Origin: an uncultured Candidatus Saccharibacteria bacterium
GTDB taxonomy: Bacteria > Patescibacteriota > Dojkabacteria > SC72
NCBI GenBank assembly: GCA_964560525.1
Contig: CAZLLO010000005.1
Coordinates: 1 to 58,705 of the forward strand
Reading direction: 5' to 3'
DNA length: 58,705 bases
The notes under the pieces were generated by a model. It was not told the origin of the DNA. It was given only the letters and a program-made list of their open reading frames with translations, and searched no databases. Shown here in pieces: positions 58,092 to 58,705 of the stretch. The stretch's first letter is position 1, and each line of letters starts with the position of its first letter. A program made the translations under genes and the position numbers.

Positions 58092-58705
58092 TTACTTGAG
58101 TGGATGGTTCTTTCTAACAGTTTCTTCTGCAAATTTCTCGCTTGCATGTACATACTTAGTAGTAGTATTTAAACTCTCATGACCTAATAGAGCTTGCAAC
58201 GCCACAGGACTAGCACCTTGCTCAGCAAGATAAGTAGCAAAACCATGACGTAGACTATGTGCTGAAGTAGGAATCTGTATACCAAGCTTACGTCTATATT
58301 CAGCAATCTTTTCTTGAAAATAGTTTGTAGAAATCCTCATATCTTCTTTACCATACCGACCACCAGAAAAAGGAATGAACAGAGCAGGGGAGTCAAACTT
58401 TTCAAGGAACCCACTCTGCCTGTAACTCTCAACCAAAGAAATATATTTCCTATTCCCTTTATCAAATATCTCCAAATTCAATTCACCCCCAGATGTTTCA
58501 CGCTCAGTATTCACATCAGCCATTAGTTTATCCAAAACTCCTGGTTGTTCCTCCGCATCCTTATTTGTAAACGCATACTTAAGCCTTACACTTAGGTATT
58601 TATTCAACCAATCCAAACTTCTTTGTGTTAAAAACACCGAACGTTCTTTTTTACCCTTACCAATAATATACATCTTACCCTCAACATTAATATTCTCTAG
58701 ATCCA
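58092..58705 (-). CDS. XerC/D-family tyrosine recombinase, C-terminal part; frame open to the right edge
   Basis: IIGKGKKER, HSLRHGFAT, LLGHESLNTTTKY; the reading frame continues DLENINVEGK upstream of the track's Met. Confidence 0.92.
   Translation of the reverse strand, partial: DLENINVEGKMYIIGKGKKERSVFLTQRSLDWLNKYLSVRLKYAFTNKDAEEQPGVLDKLMADVNTERETSGGELNLEIFDKGNRKYISLVESYRQSGFLEKFDSPALFIPFSGGRYGKEDMRISTNYFQEKIAEYRRKLGIQIPTSAHSLRHGFATYLAEQGASPVALQALLGHESLNTTTKYVHASEKFAEETVRKNHPLK

Noticed and set aside
4249-58526. The many short ORFs in the track that overlap longer genes on the opposite strand or in another frame (e.g. 8409..8870, 18590..19132, 35814..36332, 38537..39235, 53225..54196)
   Set aside because: They lie wholly within well-supported genes and have the Ser/Phe/Leu-rich composition of antisense shadows
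1-58705. Alternative genetic code 25 (TGA = Gly), as in Gracilibacteria/Absconditabacteria
   Set aside because: Conserved genes translate full length under code 11, and TGA ends genes at ATGA overlaps (20514, 15231, 25580, 26119)

Overview
AT-rich, tightly packed bacterial chromosome segment using the standard genetic code (TGA is a stop, e.g. nusB, the ASCH gene and two minor pilins). The gene set suggests a Patescibacteria/CPR organism, possibly Dojkabacteria/Microgenomates-related, but that placement is inference. Supporting features are a trigger factor without its FKBP domain, a short HolB, a type IV pilus locus with no secretin in the window, sortases and a membrane-anchored Clp ATPase. 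Core content: mutS (partial), tig-clpP, tRNA-Val(GAC), a Nudix/YbaK/pentapeptide/ASCH/Dus cluster, rpmF (missed by the ORF track)-nusB-rnc-rpsP-khpA, a roughly 12 kb pil locus, holB, gyrB-orf-gyrA and a Xer-family recombinase (partial). Strongest candidates for new biology: (1) a separately transcribed 76-codon gene that is almost only signal peptide plus sorting signal, leaving a predicted 14-residue Lys-containing peptide, beside a sortase and glycosyltransferase-like genes; (2) a tandem pair of higher-GC lipoprotein genes with Shine-Dalgarno sites, embedded in long hairpin-dense intergenic regions with recurring short motifs; (3) a cluster of signal-less proteins with Gly/Ala-rich hydrophobic segments that look like effectors or translocators; (4) a full-length PEP-synthase homologue with Asp in place of the phospho-His; (5) a gyrase carrying substitutions at the classic quinolone-resistance positions in both subunits. 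All family assignments come from motif recognition by eye; no database searches were run.
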